Assembly (NCBI GenBank): GCA_963775685.1
Contig: CAVZJV010000014.1
Coordinates: forward strand, 480,001-544,000
Direction of reading: 5' to 3'
DNA: 64,000 nucleotides
Origin: Candidatus Bathyarchaeota archaeon
GTDB lineage: Archaea > Thermoproteota > Bathyarchaeia > Bathyarchaeales > Bathycorpusculaceae
Position numbers and translations under genes: made by a program
In this document: positions 41,516 to 52,912 of the stretch, piece after piece
How positions within the stretch are numbered: position 1 is the stretch's first letter
Layout of the letters: each line of letters starts with the position of its first letter
Notes under the pieces: generated by a model
Seen by the model: the letters and a program-made list of their open reading frames with translations, nothing else
What the model was told of the DNA's origin: nothing
The model's database searches: none

Positions 41516-41677
41516 CTAACGACTATAACCAGGCAAGCAGTTAACGAACGGAATATCTTTAACGTTGCTCTTAACAGCTTTCTCTATTTCATTCGCTATC
41601 CGAGCCATCATCTCAACGGCCTCCACAGGATACTGACCCACCGCTGTTTCACCCGAGAGCATAATGGCATCTGACCC
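41516..41677 (-). pseudogene. pyk: Pyruvate kinase gene fragment
   Basis: Manual translation [28 protein letters not shown]; no start or rest of the gene. Confidence 0.85.
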
Positions 41678-42049
41678 TGAGCTCCTTTTTATCCCAAAAA
41701 GAAAGCCGACTTATGCAATAAACAAACTTTATATAAAAGACAAAATTAACCATCATTTTTCATGAGGCAAATGATGGGTGAACGTCTTTCCCAAAAATCT
41801 AAGGCTAAATAAATATTATAGGCTTATTTCGAATTAAGGTTCTTACTTTAAGAAAAATATGCAAATATAGCAACTTCGGGTCTTTTCAGAAAAACAAGAT
41901 CGCGATTTGCCATTTTCTTGAGCAGAAATTTGGAATCATTGTAATAATTGAATAATAAAATAACTTTGGCAGCCACAGTTTTCAGGTTCTTTATGTTTTT
42001 TATCCTCAAAAAATTTAATAGAACAGCTTTAAATTAAGTTCCAACAGGG

Positions 42050-42979
42050 ATGGGCAAACACATACCAGCTCAGAAAACAAAACCAAAAACAGTTGAAGCC
42101 AAAAATAAAACAGTTACAGTTGGGCTTATCCAAACCACTGTTTCAGAAAATATAGCAGAAAACATGAAAAAAACTGCGGAAAAAATTGAACAAGCTGCTA
42201 AATTAGGCGCCCAAATCGTGTGCCTCCAGGAACTCTACCGCACAAGGTATTTTCCACAGCAAGAAAACCAAGATGTCAAGAGCTTTGCTGAAACTATCCC
42301 CGGCGAATCCACAGAGTTGTTTTCTGGGTTCGCGAAAAAGTACGGAATTGTTATCATTGCGCCCTTGTTTGAGAAAAGCAGGGAAAGCAAATTTTACAAC
42401 ACAGCAGTGGTCATTGGTTACGACGGCGAAATAATGGGCACCTACCGGAAAGCCCACATACCTTTCGACCCTTACTTCTACGAGAAAGACTACTTTGAAA
42501 TGGGCGACACAGATTATCTGGTTTTTGATACATGTTTTGCACGGATTGGGGTGCTCATCTGTTATGATCAGTGGTTCCCTGAGCCAGCTCGCATCAACGC
42601 TTTGAGGGGAGCAGAAATCATCTTTTACCCAACCGCAATTGGCTACGTTAAAGGTTACACCTCAACAGACGGGAACTGGCATGATGCCTGGAAAACAGTG
42701 CAACGTGCCCATGCGATAGCGAACGGGATTCATATTGCCGCCGTTAACCGAGTTGGCGAGGAGAGCGAGTTGGAGTTTTGGGGGGGCTCTTTTATCTGCG
42801 ATAGTTTCGGCAAAATACTCACAGAAGCCAGCATCACAAAGGAAGAAGTGTTGATTGCAACGGTGGATTTGGATAAGAACAAGAAAATTCAGGAAGGCTG
42901 GGGCTTTCTACGCAACAGACGCCCCGACACTTATCAGCAGCTCACAAGAGACAACCAGAAAGGTGCAGAAGATGAGTAG
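42050..42979 (+). CDS. aguB: N-carbamoylputrescine amidohydrolase (carbon-nitrogen hydrolase)
   Basis: LQE, YRKAHIP, ICYDQWFPE, YPTAIG; adjacent to agmatine deiminase. Confidence 0.88.
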   Translation: MGKHIPAQKTKPKTVEAKNKTVTVGLIQTTVSENIAENMKKTAEKIEQAAKLGAQIVCLQELYRTRYFPQQENQDVKSFAETIPGESTELFSGFAKKYGIVIIAPLFEKSRESKFYNTAVVIGYDGEIMGTYRKAHIPFDPYFYEKDYFEMGDTDYLVFDTCFARIGVLICYDQWFPEPARINALRGAEIIFYPTAIGYVKGYTSTDGNWHDAWKTVQRAHAIANGIHIAAVNRVGEESELEFWGGSFICDSFGKILTEASITKEEVLIATVDLDKNKKIQEGWGFLRNRRPDTYQQLTRDNQKGAEDE

Positions 42980-44021
42980 TTCAGAGCGGACATGCCATGA
43001 ACAGGGCTTTTGCATGCCAGCTGAATGGGAAAAACACGACGCTATCTGGCTTGCGTGGCCATATGACCCGACTACTTTCCCAGACAGAGTTGCTCGTGTC
43101 GAAGCCGTTTATGTCCAAATCGTCAAGGAAATTCATGAGGGTGAACAAGTAAATCTTTTTGTCATTGACGAGCCCACCAAACAGAAAGTCACAAAAATAT
43201 TTAAGGAAGCAAAAATCGACCTTGATAGAATCAACTTCTATGTCTCCGATTACTCCGATGTATGGTTTAGGGATTATGGACCAATATTCGTCAAAAATCA
43301 AAACCACGAACTCGCCATGATTCACTGGGACTTCAATTCTTGGGGAGAAAAATATGAAACGCTCCTAAGAGACAAGCAAATCCCAAATGTCATAAACCAA
43401 AAAATTGCAATTAAATGCTTCAAACCCGGCATTGTTCTGGAAGGCGGTTCAATAGATGTCAATGGCAAAGGAACCTTGCTAACGACCGAGCAGTGCCTCC
43501 TTAACAAAAACCGAAATCCTCAGCTTAACAAAAAAGATATTGAAAAATTCTTGTTCGAATATTTAGGGGCAACTAATTTTATTTGGCTCAAAAACGGCAT
43601 CCTAGGCGATGACACAGACGGTCACGTAGACGATTTAGCTCGATTTGTTAGTCCATCTACTATCGTTTGCGCTGGTCAAGACGATGAAAAGGATGTAGAT
43701 TACGAGGCACTATCAGAAAACTATGACATTCTTTGCCAAGCAAGAGACCAAGACGGCGAGAAGTTGAAGATTGTAAAGTTGCCTATGCCCAGAGTTATGA
43801 GCGACGAGAACGAACGACTACCAGCAACCTATACAAACTTCTACATCGGCAACCAAAAGGTCTTGGTTCCCGTGTTTGATCATGAAAACGATAAAAAAGC
43901 CTTATCGATTCTCCAAGAGTTGTTTCCAACCCGCAGGGTTGTAGGAATAAAATGCATTGATTTAGTTTATGGGTTTGGCACGATTCATTGTATTAGCCAG
44001 CAGCAGCCCTGCAGCGTTTAA
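42972..44021 (+). CDS. aguA: Agmatine deiminase
   Basis: MPAEW, WFRDYGP, EGG, DDTDGHVD, GTIHCISQQ; ATG at 42972 overlaps the aguB stop. Confidence 0.93.
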   Translation: MSSSERTCHEQGFCMPAEWEKHDAIWLAWPYDPTTFPDRVARVEAVYVQIVKEIHEGEQVNLFVIDEPTKQKVTKIFKEAKIDLDRINFYVSDYSDVWFRDYGPIFVKNQNHELAMIHWDFNSWGEKYETLLRDKQIPNVINQKIAIKCFKPGIVLEGGSIDVNGKGTLLTTEQCLLNKNRNPQLNKKDIEKFLFEYLGATNFIWLKNGILGDDTDGHVDDLARFVSPSTIVCAGQDDEKDVDYEALSENYDILCQARDQDGEKLKIVKLPMPRVMSDENERLPATYTNFYIGNQKVLVPVFDHENDKKALSILQELFPTRRVVGIKCIDLVYGFGTIHCISQQQPCSV

Positions 44022-44126
44022 GCGTGTAACATAATCGGTTCAAAGGTCACTATTTAGTTAAGTTTAAACTTAGCACTATACTAATAGCTAAACCCCACAG
44101 TTTGAGGAGATAGGGAGAGTTTAGAT

Positions 44127-46343
44127 ATGGTTAATCAGCCTCCGATTCGCGCACGCGGGGTAAAAGTGCTTAAAGCTGTTTCATCACCGCTTAGGCTGCA
44201 AATTCTCAATTTGCTTTTTGACAAAAGCGCCCTCTCCTATACCGAACTTATGAACCAATTAAAAATGAATCCAAGCCGAGACGCGGGCAGATTTGCGTAT
44301 CATCTAAAATTTATGCTTAAAGCCGACTTGGTTGAGGCGGACGTAGAATCAAAAAAATATTACCTTACTGACTTAGGGAAGATGGTGCTTGACGTGGCTG
44401 ACCGAGTAGAGAAAAAAGCAATTAAGCCCCGTGGCATGTTGGTTCGCACCTCACATTTAACGGTTGAAGAGTTTGATGCAAACAAAATCGCTAACTCATT
44501 GATTAAAGAGGCGAAAGTTCCAGCGGAACTTGCGCAGAAAGCAGCTAAAGAAGCAGAGAAACGCCTCATAAAATCCAAGACAAAGTATCTTACGGCGGCG
44601 TTAATCCGGGAAGTTGTAAACGGAATCCTTGTAGAGAAAGGCTATGAAGACTTCCGCCATAAACTCACACGAGTCGGCATGCCCATCCATGAAGTAACTG
44701 CGTTGATCGAAAACAAAGAATCAAATCAAGACTGCCAAGCCACAATCAACAAAGCAGGACAAACGGTCCTTAGTGAATACAATTTGCTTAACATTTTTCC
44801 CCGAGATATCGCCGACGCGCACCTTTCAGGCGCAATTCACATCGATGGACTAGGCACTTGGGTTCTAAAACCTAACGAAGTCATCCATGACCTTCGCTAT
44901 TTCTTTAAGCATGGTGTTAAGCTCGACAATCCCTTTCAAGTCGCCATGGAAGCCCCCATCGACCTAAAATCCGCCTTATCCATAGCCTTCAACGTAGTCT
45001 TGCATACTAGCAAAGAAACCAACCGCGTTCAAACTTTCAATTACTTCAACGTTTTTCTTGCTCCATATTTGAGAGGCAACGAAGTAACAAAAATAAAAGA
45101 AAATCTGCGTTTATTCATCCAAAACCTCAATCAGCATGCGGAAGCTACTTTGTGCCTTGACCTTGCGGTTCCTAGGCTGTTGGAGGAAAAAGAAGCTATA
45201 GGTCCAAAAGGCAAAACCAATGGCAAATACGGTGACTTTATTCAAGAAAATCAACTTGTTGCTTCACTTATAGTTGATATTTTTATTGAGGAAAGCTCAT
45301 GCAAGCCGATATTTAGTCCCAAAATTATCATAAAAATTAACAGTGCCGCATTAACAGATGAAAAGGCAAAAGTCACTCTGCTCAAAGCACATCATTTAGC
45401 CGCGAAAAGCGGAGTTCCCTTTTTTGCCAACATGACCAATGAAAAGAACGAAAATGTGGCTTTTTCATCTTCAGGCATAAAGTTTGCCTCTGACTTAACG
45501 GGCGACTGGGAAACAGACACGCTACGCACGGGTTGCTTAGGCTGCGTAATAATCAATATGCCTAGGATTGCACAAGAATGCAAAAAAGACAAAAACAAGT
45601 TTTTCGATTTGGTACGGGAACGCTTTGAGCTTGCCGCCCGAGCACTGGGCATAAAGAATAGTGCGCTTAAGCAATTCGGAAAAAACTCGGTTCCGTTCCT
45701 GTTGCAGAAAGCCGACCGCGACACATACTTCCGACTTGAAAACTGCTCTCGCATAGTCAATTTAGTGGGTTTTCGCGAAGCAATCGAAGCCTTTACTGAA
45801 AGAACCATCCATTCGGAAGAGAGCCGCAAGTTAGTCGAAGAAGCCATCGGGAACCTTTTGGCTTTCAAGCAGAAAATCGGCAGAAAATATGGCAAACGCC
45901 TCTACCCTGTCATACTCGGAAACCCTGAAGCTTCAGAACGCCTAGCCCAACTGGACATTGAACGCTACGGTGTGGCTAAGATGAGGTTTTCGGGAAATAG
46001 AGACAAACCATACTATTCAACCGTCAAACGGTTTCAACTGAAACCCGCGGAGTTTTTGGCTTTACAGACAGATGCAATGGAGACAGCACAGAGGTTCAAG
46101 GGACTAAACGCAGGCGGAAACCTGAACATCATTGAGCTCGAAAACGTTGAGTACAAACCTGAGGGTCTGAAGGATTTAACGATCCGTTTAATGGAGAACT
46201 ATGGGATGGATTTTTTCACTTTCAATCGCCAAGTCAGCGTCTGCGACAACTGTAAAAAGAACGGGTTTGGAATGCTGCATAAGTGCCCCTCATGTGGTTC
46301 AATGAGCAACTTAACAGCCTTCGATCGCTTCACTTCAACTTAA
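44127..46343 (+). CDS. ArsR-type wHTH + ATP-cone + class III RNR (NrdD)-like domain, apparently catalytically inactive
   Basis: SPLRLQIL..YHLK HTH; VRTS..EEFDANKI ATP-cone; AHLSGAIHI; INMPRIA; CxxC..CxxC; no RxxGY glycyl loop. Confidence 0.85.
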   Translation: MVNQPPIRARGVKVLKAVSSPLRLQILNLLFDKSALSYTELMNQLKMNPSRDAGRFAYHLKFMLKADLVEADVESKKYYLTDLGKMVLDVADRVEKKAIKPRGMLVRTSHLTVEEFDANKIANSLIKEAKVPAELAQKAAKEAEKRLIKSKTKYLTAALIREVVNGILVEKGYEDFRHKLTRVGMPIHEVTALIENKESNQDCQATINKAGQTVLSEYNLLNIFPRDIADAHLSGAIHIDGLGTWVLKPNEVIHDLRYFFKHGVKLDNPFQVAMEAPIDLKSALSIAFNVVLHTSKETNRVQTFNYFNVFLAPYLRGNEVTKIKENLRLFIQNLNQHAEATLCLDLAVPRLLEEKEAIGPKGKTNGKYGDFIQENQLVASLIVDIFIEESSCKPIFSPKIIIKINSAALTDEKAKVTLLKAHHLAAKSGVPFFANMTNEKNENVAFSSSGIKFASDLTGDWETDTLRTGCLGCVIINMPRIAQECKKDKNKFFDLVRERFELAARALGIKNSALKQFGKNSVPFLLQKADRDTYFRLENCSRIVNLVGFREAIEAFTERTIHSEESRKLVEEAIGNLLAFKQKIGRKYGKRLYPVILGNPEASERLAQLDIERYGVAKMRFSGNRDKPYYSTVKRFQLKPAEFLALQTDAMETAQRFKGLNAGGNLNIIELENVEYKPEGLKDLTIRLMENYGMDFFTFNRQVSVCDNCKKNGFGMLHKCPSCGSMSNLTAFDRFTST

Positions 46344-46344
46344 A

Positions 46345-47272
<928 letters not shown>

Positions 47273-47700
47273 TTACCCAGAAAAAGAAAGAGTCAAGTGC
47301 TAAATAATACTTTGCATGAAACACAGCGCCTTAGCTTTCGGTTTGCGCGGGTTGGGGATTCGGCTTGATTTTAACCTAGTTAAAGCAAACGCAAAGCAGA
47401 GACAACAAAAGGAAGACGAATACTCAAAATCCACCATAGACTTTTAACGAAGGATTAAATGCTTCCATTCACTGGTGCAAATGGGGAGCATAAAATTACT
47501 GTAGATAGAAAATAAGAGCAACAGCTCCGGTTTTAATGCAATAGACCCTAATATATGTTTCAAAAACTACAATCTCTATTGCCTTGCTAGTGCTTATATG
47601 CTTTTGTTGTAGTACAACGACTGCAACAAGATCTTAATAGCTTGACCCTAGCATAAGTATTTTAAATTCAGGTAAGCCAAACTTGAAGGTGTTTTGAAAA

Positions 47701-47895
47701 ATGGAAACAGTTTTGAAACAAATTTCTAAAAAAGAAAACTTCAGAGAAAGCTTAGTATCCAGAGGATATATGCTTCGAATCCACGAGGTCCAAGCTCCCT
47801 GCCAATGGCTCAAAAACTGCTACGATGGAAAATGTCCGTCCTTTGTGAGGCATAACGGGAATTTTTACTGCTCCAAAATCAAAGCAAGAATCTAA
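47701..47895 (+). CDS. Small Cys-rich hypothetical protein
   Basis: gaaggtg RBS; C-x4-C-x4-C-x10-C. Confidence 0.5.
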   Translation: METVLKQISKKENFRESLVSRGYMLRIHEVQAPCQWLKNCYDGKCPSFVRHNGNFYCSKIKARI

Positions 47896-47919
47896 ATCAT
47901 TTACGCTAAATTATAGAGC

Positions 47920-48831
47920 TTAAGTTTTCAAAGCTGCTATCGCTTCTTTCAAGATAGCAACCGATTTTTCAAACTTTTCCCTTGTTTTCTGTTTCAAGTC
48001 AAGCTCAACTATTTTTTCAACTCCCTCCTTGCCCAAAACAACAGGCACACCAATCGACACGCCATGAGTGCCATATTCACCGCATAAACAAGTAGAAACA
48101 CTCATAACTCGATTTCTACCCGTAAGAATTGCATCCGCCATGATCGCAATCACCATCCCTGGTGCATAAACTGTACTGCCTTTTAGCTGGATAACGTCTC
48201 CGCCAGAGGTTACCGTTGCATGAACAATTTTATCGAGCTGCTCTTGGGAAAGAAGACTTGTAATTGGAATGCCTGATACAGAAGCATACTCAACAAGGGG
48301 CACCATAGAGTCACCATGTTCACCAATCACCAAACCACGTGTATCTTCACGTGAAACGCCCAGTTCATTGGCTATATGTGTTCTAAAACGCATGGCATCC
48401 AAGATGTTACCCATGCCAAAGAGGCGACTGCGTGGAAAACCGGTTTCCTTATACGAAATAAATGTCATAATGTCAACTGGGTTTGTCACCATCATGAGCT
48501 TGCAGTCTGGGGCGTATTTGATTACTTCTTTTACTATTGATTTTATGATTTGAGCGTTGGTGTTCATTAAGTCAAAACGCGTCATGTCAGGTCTTCTGCC
48601 AAGTCCAGCTGTCACAATTACAAGTTCCGACCCTGCCATTTCTTTAAAATCGCTGGTTCCTCGGATTTTGCCGTCGAACTCAATAGCTGGAGCAGCCTGC
48701 ATCATATCCAAAGCTTCACCCTGCGCCGCCTTTTCATTCTTATCGATAAGGACAACATCTCCGATCTTATAACGCAAAATATCAAAAGCCGCAGCGCTTC
48801 CAACTTTACCTGCACCAATTACGGTTATCAT
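47920..48831 (-). CDS. mdh: Malate dehydrogenase (LDH-like)
   Basis: GAGKVG, RRPDMTR, TNPVD, LDAMR, GEHGDSMVP. Confidence 0.93.
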   Translation of the reverse strand: MITVIGAGKVGSAAAFDILRYKIGDVVLIDKNEKAAQGEALDMMQAAPAIEFDGKIRGTSDFKEMAGSELVIVTAGLGRRPDMTRFDLMNTNAQIIKSIVKEVIKYAPDCKLMMVTNPVDIMTFISYKETGFPRSRLFGMGNILDAMRFRTHIANELGVSREDTRGLVIGEHGDSMVPLVEYASVSGIPITSLLSQEQLDKIVHATVTSGGDVIQLKGSTVYAPGMVIAIMADAILTGRNRVMSVSTCLCGEYGTHGVSIGVPVVLGKEGVEKIVELDLKQKTREKFEKSVAILKEAIAALKT

Positions 48832-49106
48832 ACCATAAAACCATATTTAATATGATTTAGAAGTTGAATATAAAGCGATATTTTCTAATGCATGTATAGG
48901 CGAAATCTTTTATGCTGCTCAGCGCCATGTTGAATGAATGAGTGCAGGATTGTGTTTGCGGTATGGTTTTAAGTTTGAATCGGATGCCTTTGTCAATGTC
49001 TTAATGTTGCTCATGTGTTACTTAAAAATTCAACACTAAAGACTGGCTATCCTTAGACAAAAATACAGAAAGCCCAATAAGTAAAATTTAAGAAGAAAAA
49101 TCAGAA

Positions 49107-49622
49107 TTATTTGACAATGACCACGGGGCAAGGCGCTAAATGAGCCACTTTCTCACTAATTTTCCCTAAAAAAATCTCCCGAACTCTACTGGAACCACGA
49201 TGCCCAACCACTACAATGTCAAACCTCCCTTCCTTTGCCTCTGCAACAATCTCCATCGCTGGGTCACCGTCACGCAGCTTCATCGAAATCAAAACGCTCG
49301 TGTTCACCTCTTTTGCTCGGGTAACAGACTTGTTTAGAATCTCCTCATGAAGCATTCGCAGATCTTTCGAAAACAAAACCATGCTGTCCCCAGAGAAAGT
49401 GGTGGGCTCCAGAGGAACTGCACCTATTGCTGGCGTCTCGCTAACATTCAAAACCGTTATTGAAGCACCGTACTTCTCCGCTAAATTAAGGGCAAAATCC
49501 AAAGCCCGATCTGAATTTTCTGAGCCATCAACCGCAACCAAAACATTCTCGATCACAAAATGCACTCTCTGAAAAAAAATATGTTTTATTGCCCCATTAA
49601 GCTTTTTCCTAATTTTTGTCAC
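49107..49622 (-). CDS. Universal stress protein (start probably near 49556)
   Basis: LVAVDGSENS, GDPA, VVGHRG, LGKISEKV, PCPVVIV. Confidence 0.93.
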   Translation of the reverse strand: MTKIRKKLNGAIKHIFFQRVHFVIENVLVAVDGSENSDRALDFALNLAEKYGASITVLNVSETPAIGAVPLEPTTFSGDSMVLFSKDLRMLHEEILNKSVTRAKEVNTSVLISMKLRDGDPAMEIVAEAKEGRFDIVVVGHRGSSRVREIFLGKISEKVAHLAPCPVVIVK

Positions 49623-49726
49623 CTCTTAATCTGAAAAGGATAATTCTGGTATATGTGCCCGTTATCCTTTAACCATATAAGGATAAACTGTTATTTTATA
49701 ATTAAGAAAGTCGTGGGGGTACATCG

Positions 49727-51355
49727 ATAAATAGGCAACTCAAAATCCTGACAGTCATCCTTATCGCTTTAGTTATTCTTCTCGCAGCTCTAACTGCTGA
49801 TGTTCCCTCAGCAAAAGCAGTCGAAACAACATCAGCTTGGAGTAGCATGGCTCCTATGCCGACTGCACGCGGAGGAGTTGGTTTAGCGGTGGTAAGTGGA
49901 AAAATCTATGCAATCGGCGGCTTAAATGGCAACAATGTTCCTGTCAGCACTACTGAAGAGTACGATCCTCAAACAAACGGGTGGACAAGTAGAATGCCGA
50001 TGCCTACTCCCAGAAGCGGGTTTGCTATAGCAGTATATCAGAATAGAATCTATGTTATAGGTGGGACAGTCGGAAGCGGATACGTGGGAAATAACGAAGT
50101 ATATGACACAGGAACCAACACTTGGGAGACAAAAACGTCAATGCCTACGCCAAGAGCAGATTTATGTGCGAATATAATAAACGATAAAATCTACCTCATC
50201 GGAGGAAAAAAATACTCAAGTATAGCGCCCTACTTCAACGAAACCAACATAAACGAAGCCTATGACCCCGTCAGCGATAGCTGGAGCACAAAAACATCCA
50301 TTCCAACACCAGTTCAAGGCTACGCTTCAGCTGTTGCTAACGGAAAAATCTACGTAATGGGCGGGTCACTTGAATCTCTATCGCTTGAAAACACTCTTTT
50401 AACTGGCGTTAACCAAATGTATGACCCTAAAAATGACAGCTGGAGTTTAGCTGCAAAATTACCTAACGTTCAAAGTTATGGTGCTGCAGCTGCAACTGAA
50501 GGCTTCATGGCTCCTGCGCGAATCTATTGTATCGGCGGCTACTCGGGTGGAGCATTCAGTTCCCAAGTTCAAGTTTATGATTCAGTAAACAATTCTTGGA
50601 CCGCTGGTCAGCCTATGCCAACTGCCAGGGCATACTTGGGAGTTGTTGATGTGGACGATGTTTTATATGCCATTGGAGGTTTCGATGGGACAAATTGGCT
50701 TAATGTAAATGAGGAGTATAAGCCAGTTGGGTATGGAACTGTTCCGCCGAAAGTGCAGATAACTTCTCCTGAAAACAAGACTTATTCTGAGGTAACGTTG
50801 ACGTTTACGATTAATAGAGGAACTCAATGGATGGGTTACAGTTTAGACAACCACGCAAACGTAACCATCCAAACAGAAACCAAACTGCTTAATATCACCC
50901 AAGGCACCCATGAAGTTACAGTCTATGCAAACGATAGCCTTGGAAACATGGGAGTTTCGAACAGTGTTTTCTTCGCTGTTGATAAACTTCCACCCAGCCT
51001 TGAGATATTGCTTCCACAAAACAAAACCTACGATACTGTTGATATCCAATTAACCTTTACTGTAGATGAAGCAGTCACTTATTTAGCATATAGCTTGGAT
51101 GGACAAGAAAATGTAAAGATTAATGGAAACCTGACTTTGCCGGCTTTGTCTAACGGACCACACCGTATAACGCTCTATGCAAATGATACCGTCGGGAACA
51201 CAGGACAAAAAACTGTTTCCTTCAATATTGCTCCTTTTCCGATTGTTGAGGTTGTTGCAGTTTTGGCTATAGTGACAATTATTTTGGCTTCAGGATATTT
51301 GGTTTTTAAGCGTAAAAAATCAGGCATCGGCAAAGAGCAGCGCGCAAGGTGGTAA
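49727..51355 (+). CDS. Cell-surface Kelch-repeat beta-propeller plus two Ig-like domains with a C-terminal TM anchor
   Basis: Six MPTxR...IYxIGG repeats; YSLD Ig-like repeats; C-terminal TM + KRKK; signal peptide in frame upstream of ATG 49847. Confidence 0.9.
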   Translation: MNRQLKILTVILIALVILLAALTADVPSAKAVETTSAWSSMAPMPTARGGVGLAVVSGKIYAIGGLNGNNVPVSTTEEYDPQTNGWTSRMPMPTPRSGFAIAVYQNRIYVIGGTVGSGYVGNNEVYDTGTNTWETKTSMPTPRADLCANIINDKIYLIGGKKYSSIAPYFNETNINEAYDPVSDSWSTKTSIPTPVQGYASAVANGKIYVMGGSLESLSLENTLLTGVNQMYDPKNDSWSLAAKLPNVQSYGAAAATEGFMAPARIYCIGGYSGGAFSSQVQVYDSVNNSWTAGQPMPTARAYLGVVDVDDVLYAIGGFDGTNWLNVNEEYKPVGYGTVPPKVQITSPENKTYSEVTLTFTINRGTQWMGYSLDNHANVTIQTETKLLNITQGTHEVTVYANDSLGNMGVSNSVFFAVDKLPPSLEILLPQNKTYDTVDIQLTFTVDEAVTYLAYSLDGQENVKINGNLTLPALSNGPHRITLYANDTVGNTGQKTVSFNIAPFPIVEVVAVLAIVTIILASGYLVFKRKKSGIGKEQRARW

Positions 51356-51487
51356 AATAATTTAAAGTCCAAAAGAAGTTTAAAGTTTAAATCTCTTGCA
51401 ATTACAAACAATCTCTAACCGTTTTCTTGATTTTCGACGGGAAAATTTAATTAAACATTAATCAAAGATTTTAGAGAGGTCTCGCAA

Positions 51488-51739
51488 GTGGGCTACGAAA
51501 TTGATTACGCCGGAGGCGAACGGCTTGGGTGTTCCTCAAAAATCGTAATCGCTGATAGAATATTCTATGTAAAATTGTTTAGCTCCTCGGCATCAAAATT
51601 TTTCTCTGGGGACCAACAGGGTGTAATCCAAAAAGAAATTTCAAAAGTCGAATTTGAACTATGGACTAACATTCTTGCCGAAAATGAAGTAGACGCACAA
51701 GAAATTAAGAAAAAGTTGTGCTTAGGGAGAAAGTATTAG
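51488..51739 (+). CDS. Hypothetical protein
   Basis: gaggt RBS, coherent 83-aa ORF. Confidence 0.6.
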   Translation: MGYEIDYAGGERLGCSSKIVIADRIFYVKLFSSSASKFFSGDQQGVIQKEISKVEFELWTNILAENEVDAQEIKKKLCLGRKY

Positions 51740-52162
51740 CCAACCAAGAATTTATGCCTAACATCACCATAATCTGTTTTTGGCTTTAGGGCAATTGCTG
51801 GGCAGTACCCTACAATATTTTTCTTTTGTGATAACATATTTGATTGAAATTTTTTCATTTATACATAAGTCATCAATAAATTTTAAATAGGCTAAAAAAA
51901 TCGCTACACATAGTGGTTGGCCGCGATTGAGTCTTTCTTTCTGCTTTAAATCCTGTTGGGTTTCTGACGTTAGGGTTTGAACGAACGAACCTTTTGAAGT
52001 TCTCGCTGATAAATATCGGCAGCAAACTAAAGACTCAAAAGCTTGTAAAAGGGAATGTGACCTGGTTAGTGACTATTTAGTAGGGAGGATTCAAAAAATT
52101 AAGAAGGGCTAAATTTGTTTTTTCAACCCTAAATAACATCAAAAGCATTATTTGACTGACTG

Positions 52163-52912
52163 CTAAATCTCTCTCCAACGTGTTTTCTTTATAGCAATAA
52201 ACAGAATTACAGCGCATACTACCACCAATACTACCCAATCAAGGATTAACATGTTTGATGAGAGGTTTAGGTAACCTGTTGTCGAATGCATAATTTCCGC
52301 TGCATAGGTTGTAGGCGAAAGGTAAGCCAGATAATTGAAGGGCGCAGGAACATAACTTATCGGGTAGTAAACTGGAGGAAGGGTGGCGAACAACAGTGAA
52401 AGAAGTCTTGAGAAAGCGTAACTTTGAACGACGTCGCTTGAAAAAGTTGACAGCATAAAGCCTATTGCCACTGAAACTGCGAACATTAGCAGGAGAACGA
52501 TGGATAAAATCATTATTTGAATTATGTTTGGGTGTAGATAGATTCCTGCGAGAGCAACAAGGATTACTATTGCGGGGAGCGAATAAATAATTTCGGCAAT
52601 TGCCATTCCACCCATGTACATTCGTGCGCTTGTTGGTGAACTAACAATCATATCTTGAAGTTTAAAGTCGTTTTTTAAGTGGGCAAGGTCGGATTGAAGT
52701 GCTATACCGCTTGAAAAGAAAATCATGATTAATCCGCCCTCGATTGCCGCTCCCAAAAGCGTTCCATTACTGACAAATGTAATTACAAACAGCAGCGAAA
52801 GCGGCGCAATCACCGAGCTAACAAGGACTACAGGGTAATTTTTCATCTCGTAAATGGCATTGACAAGCACTCCTGCAAGGATTTGGCTTAGTTTACTACG
52901 CTTCACCCTCAT
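52163..52912 (-). CDS. ABC-2 type exporter permease
   Basis: Six TM helices, PVYYP, YLSPTTY; ATG at MRVKRS overlaps the ATPase stop. Confidence 0.88.
   Translation of the reverse strand: MRVKRSKLSQILAGVLVNAIYEMKNYPVVLVSSVIAPLSLLFVITFVSNGTLLGAAIEGGLIMIFFSSGIALQSDLAHLKNDFKLQDMIVSSPTSARMYMGGMAIAEIIYSLPAIVILVALAGIYLHPNIIQIMILSIVLLLMFAVSVAIGFMLSTFSSDVVQSYAFSRLLSLLFATLPPVYYPISYVPAPFNYLAYLSPTTYAAEIMHSTTGYLNLSSNMLILDWVVLVVVCAVILFIAIKKTRWREI

Noticed and set aside
44127-46343. Functional anaerobic ribonucleotide reductase nrdD
   Set aside because: The glycyl-radical motif and finger-loop Cys are absent, and there is no activase nearby
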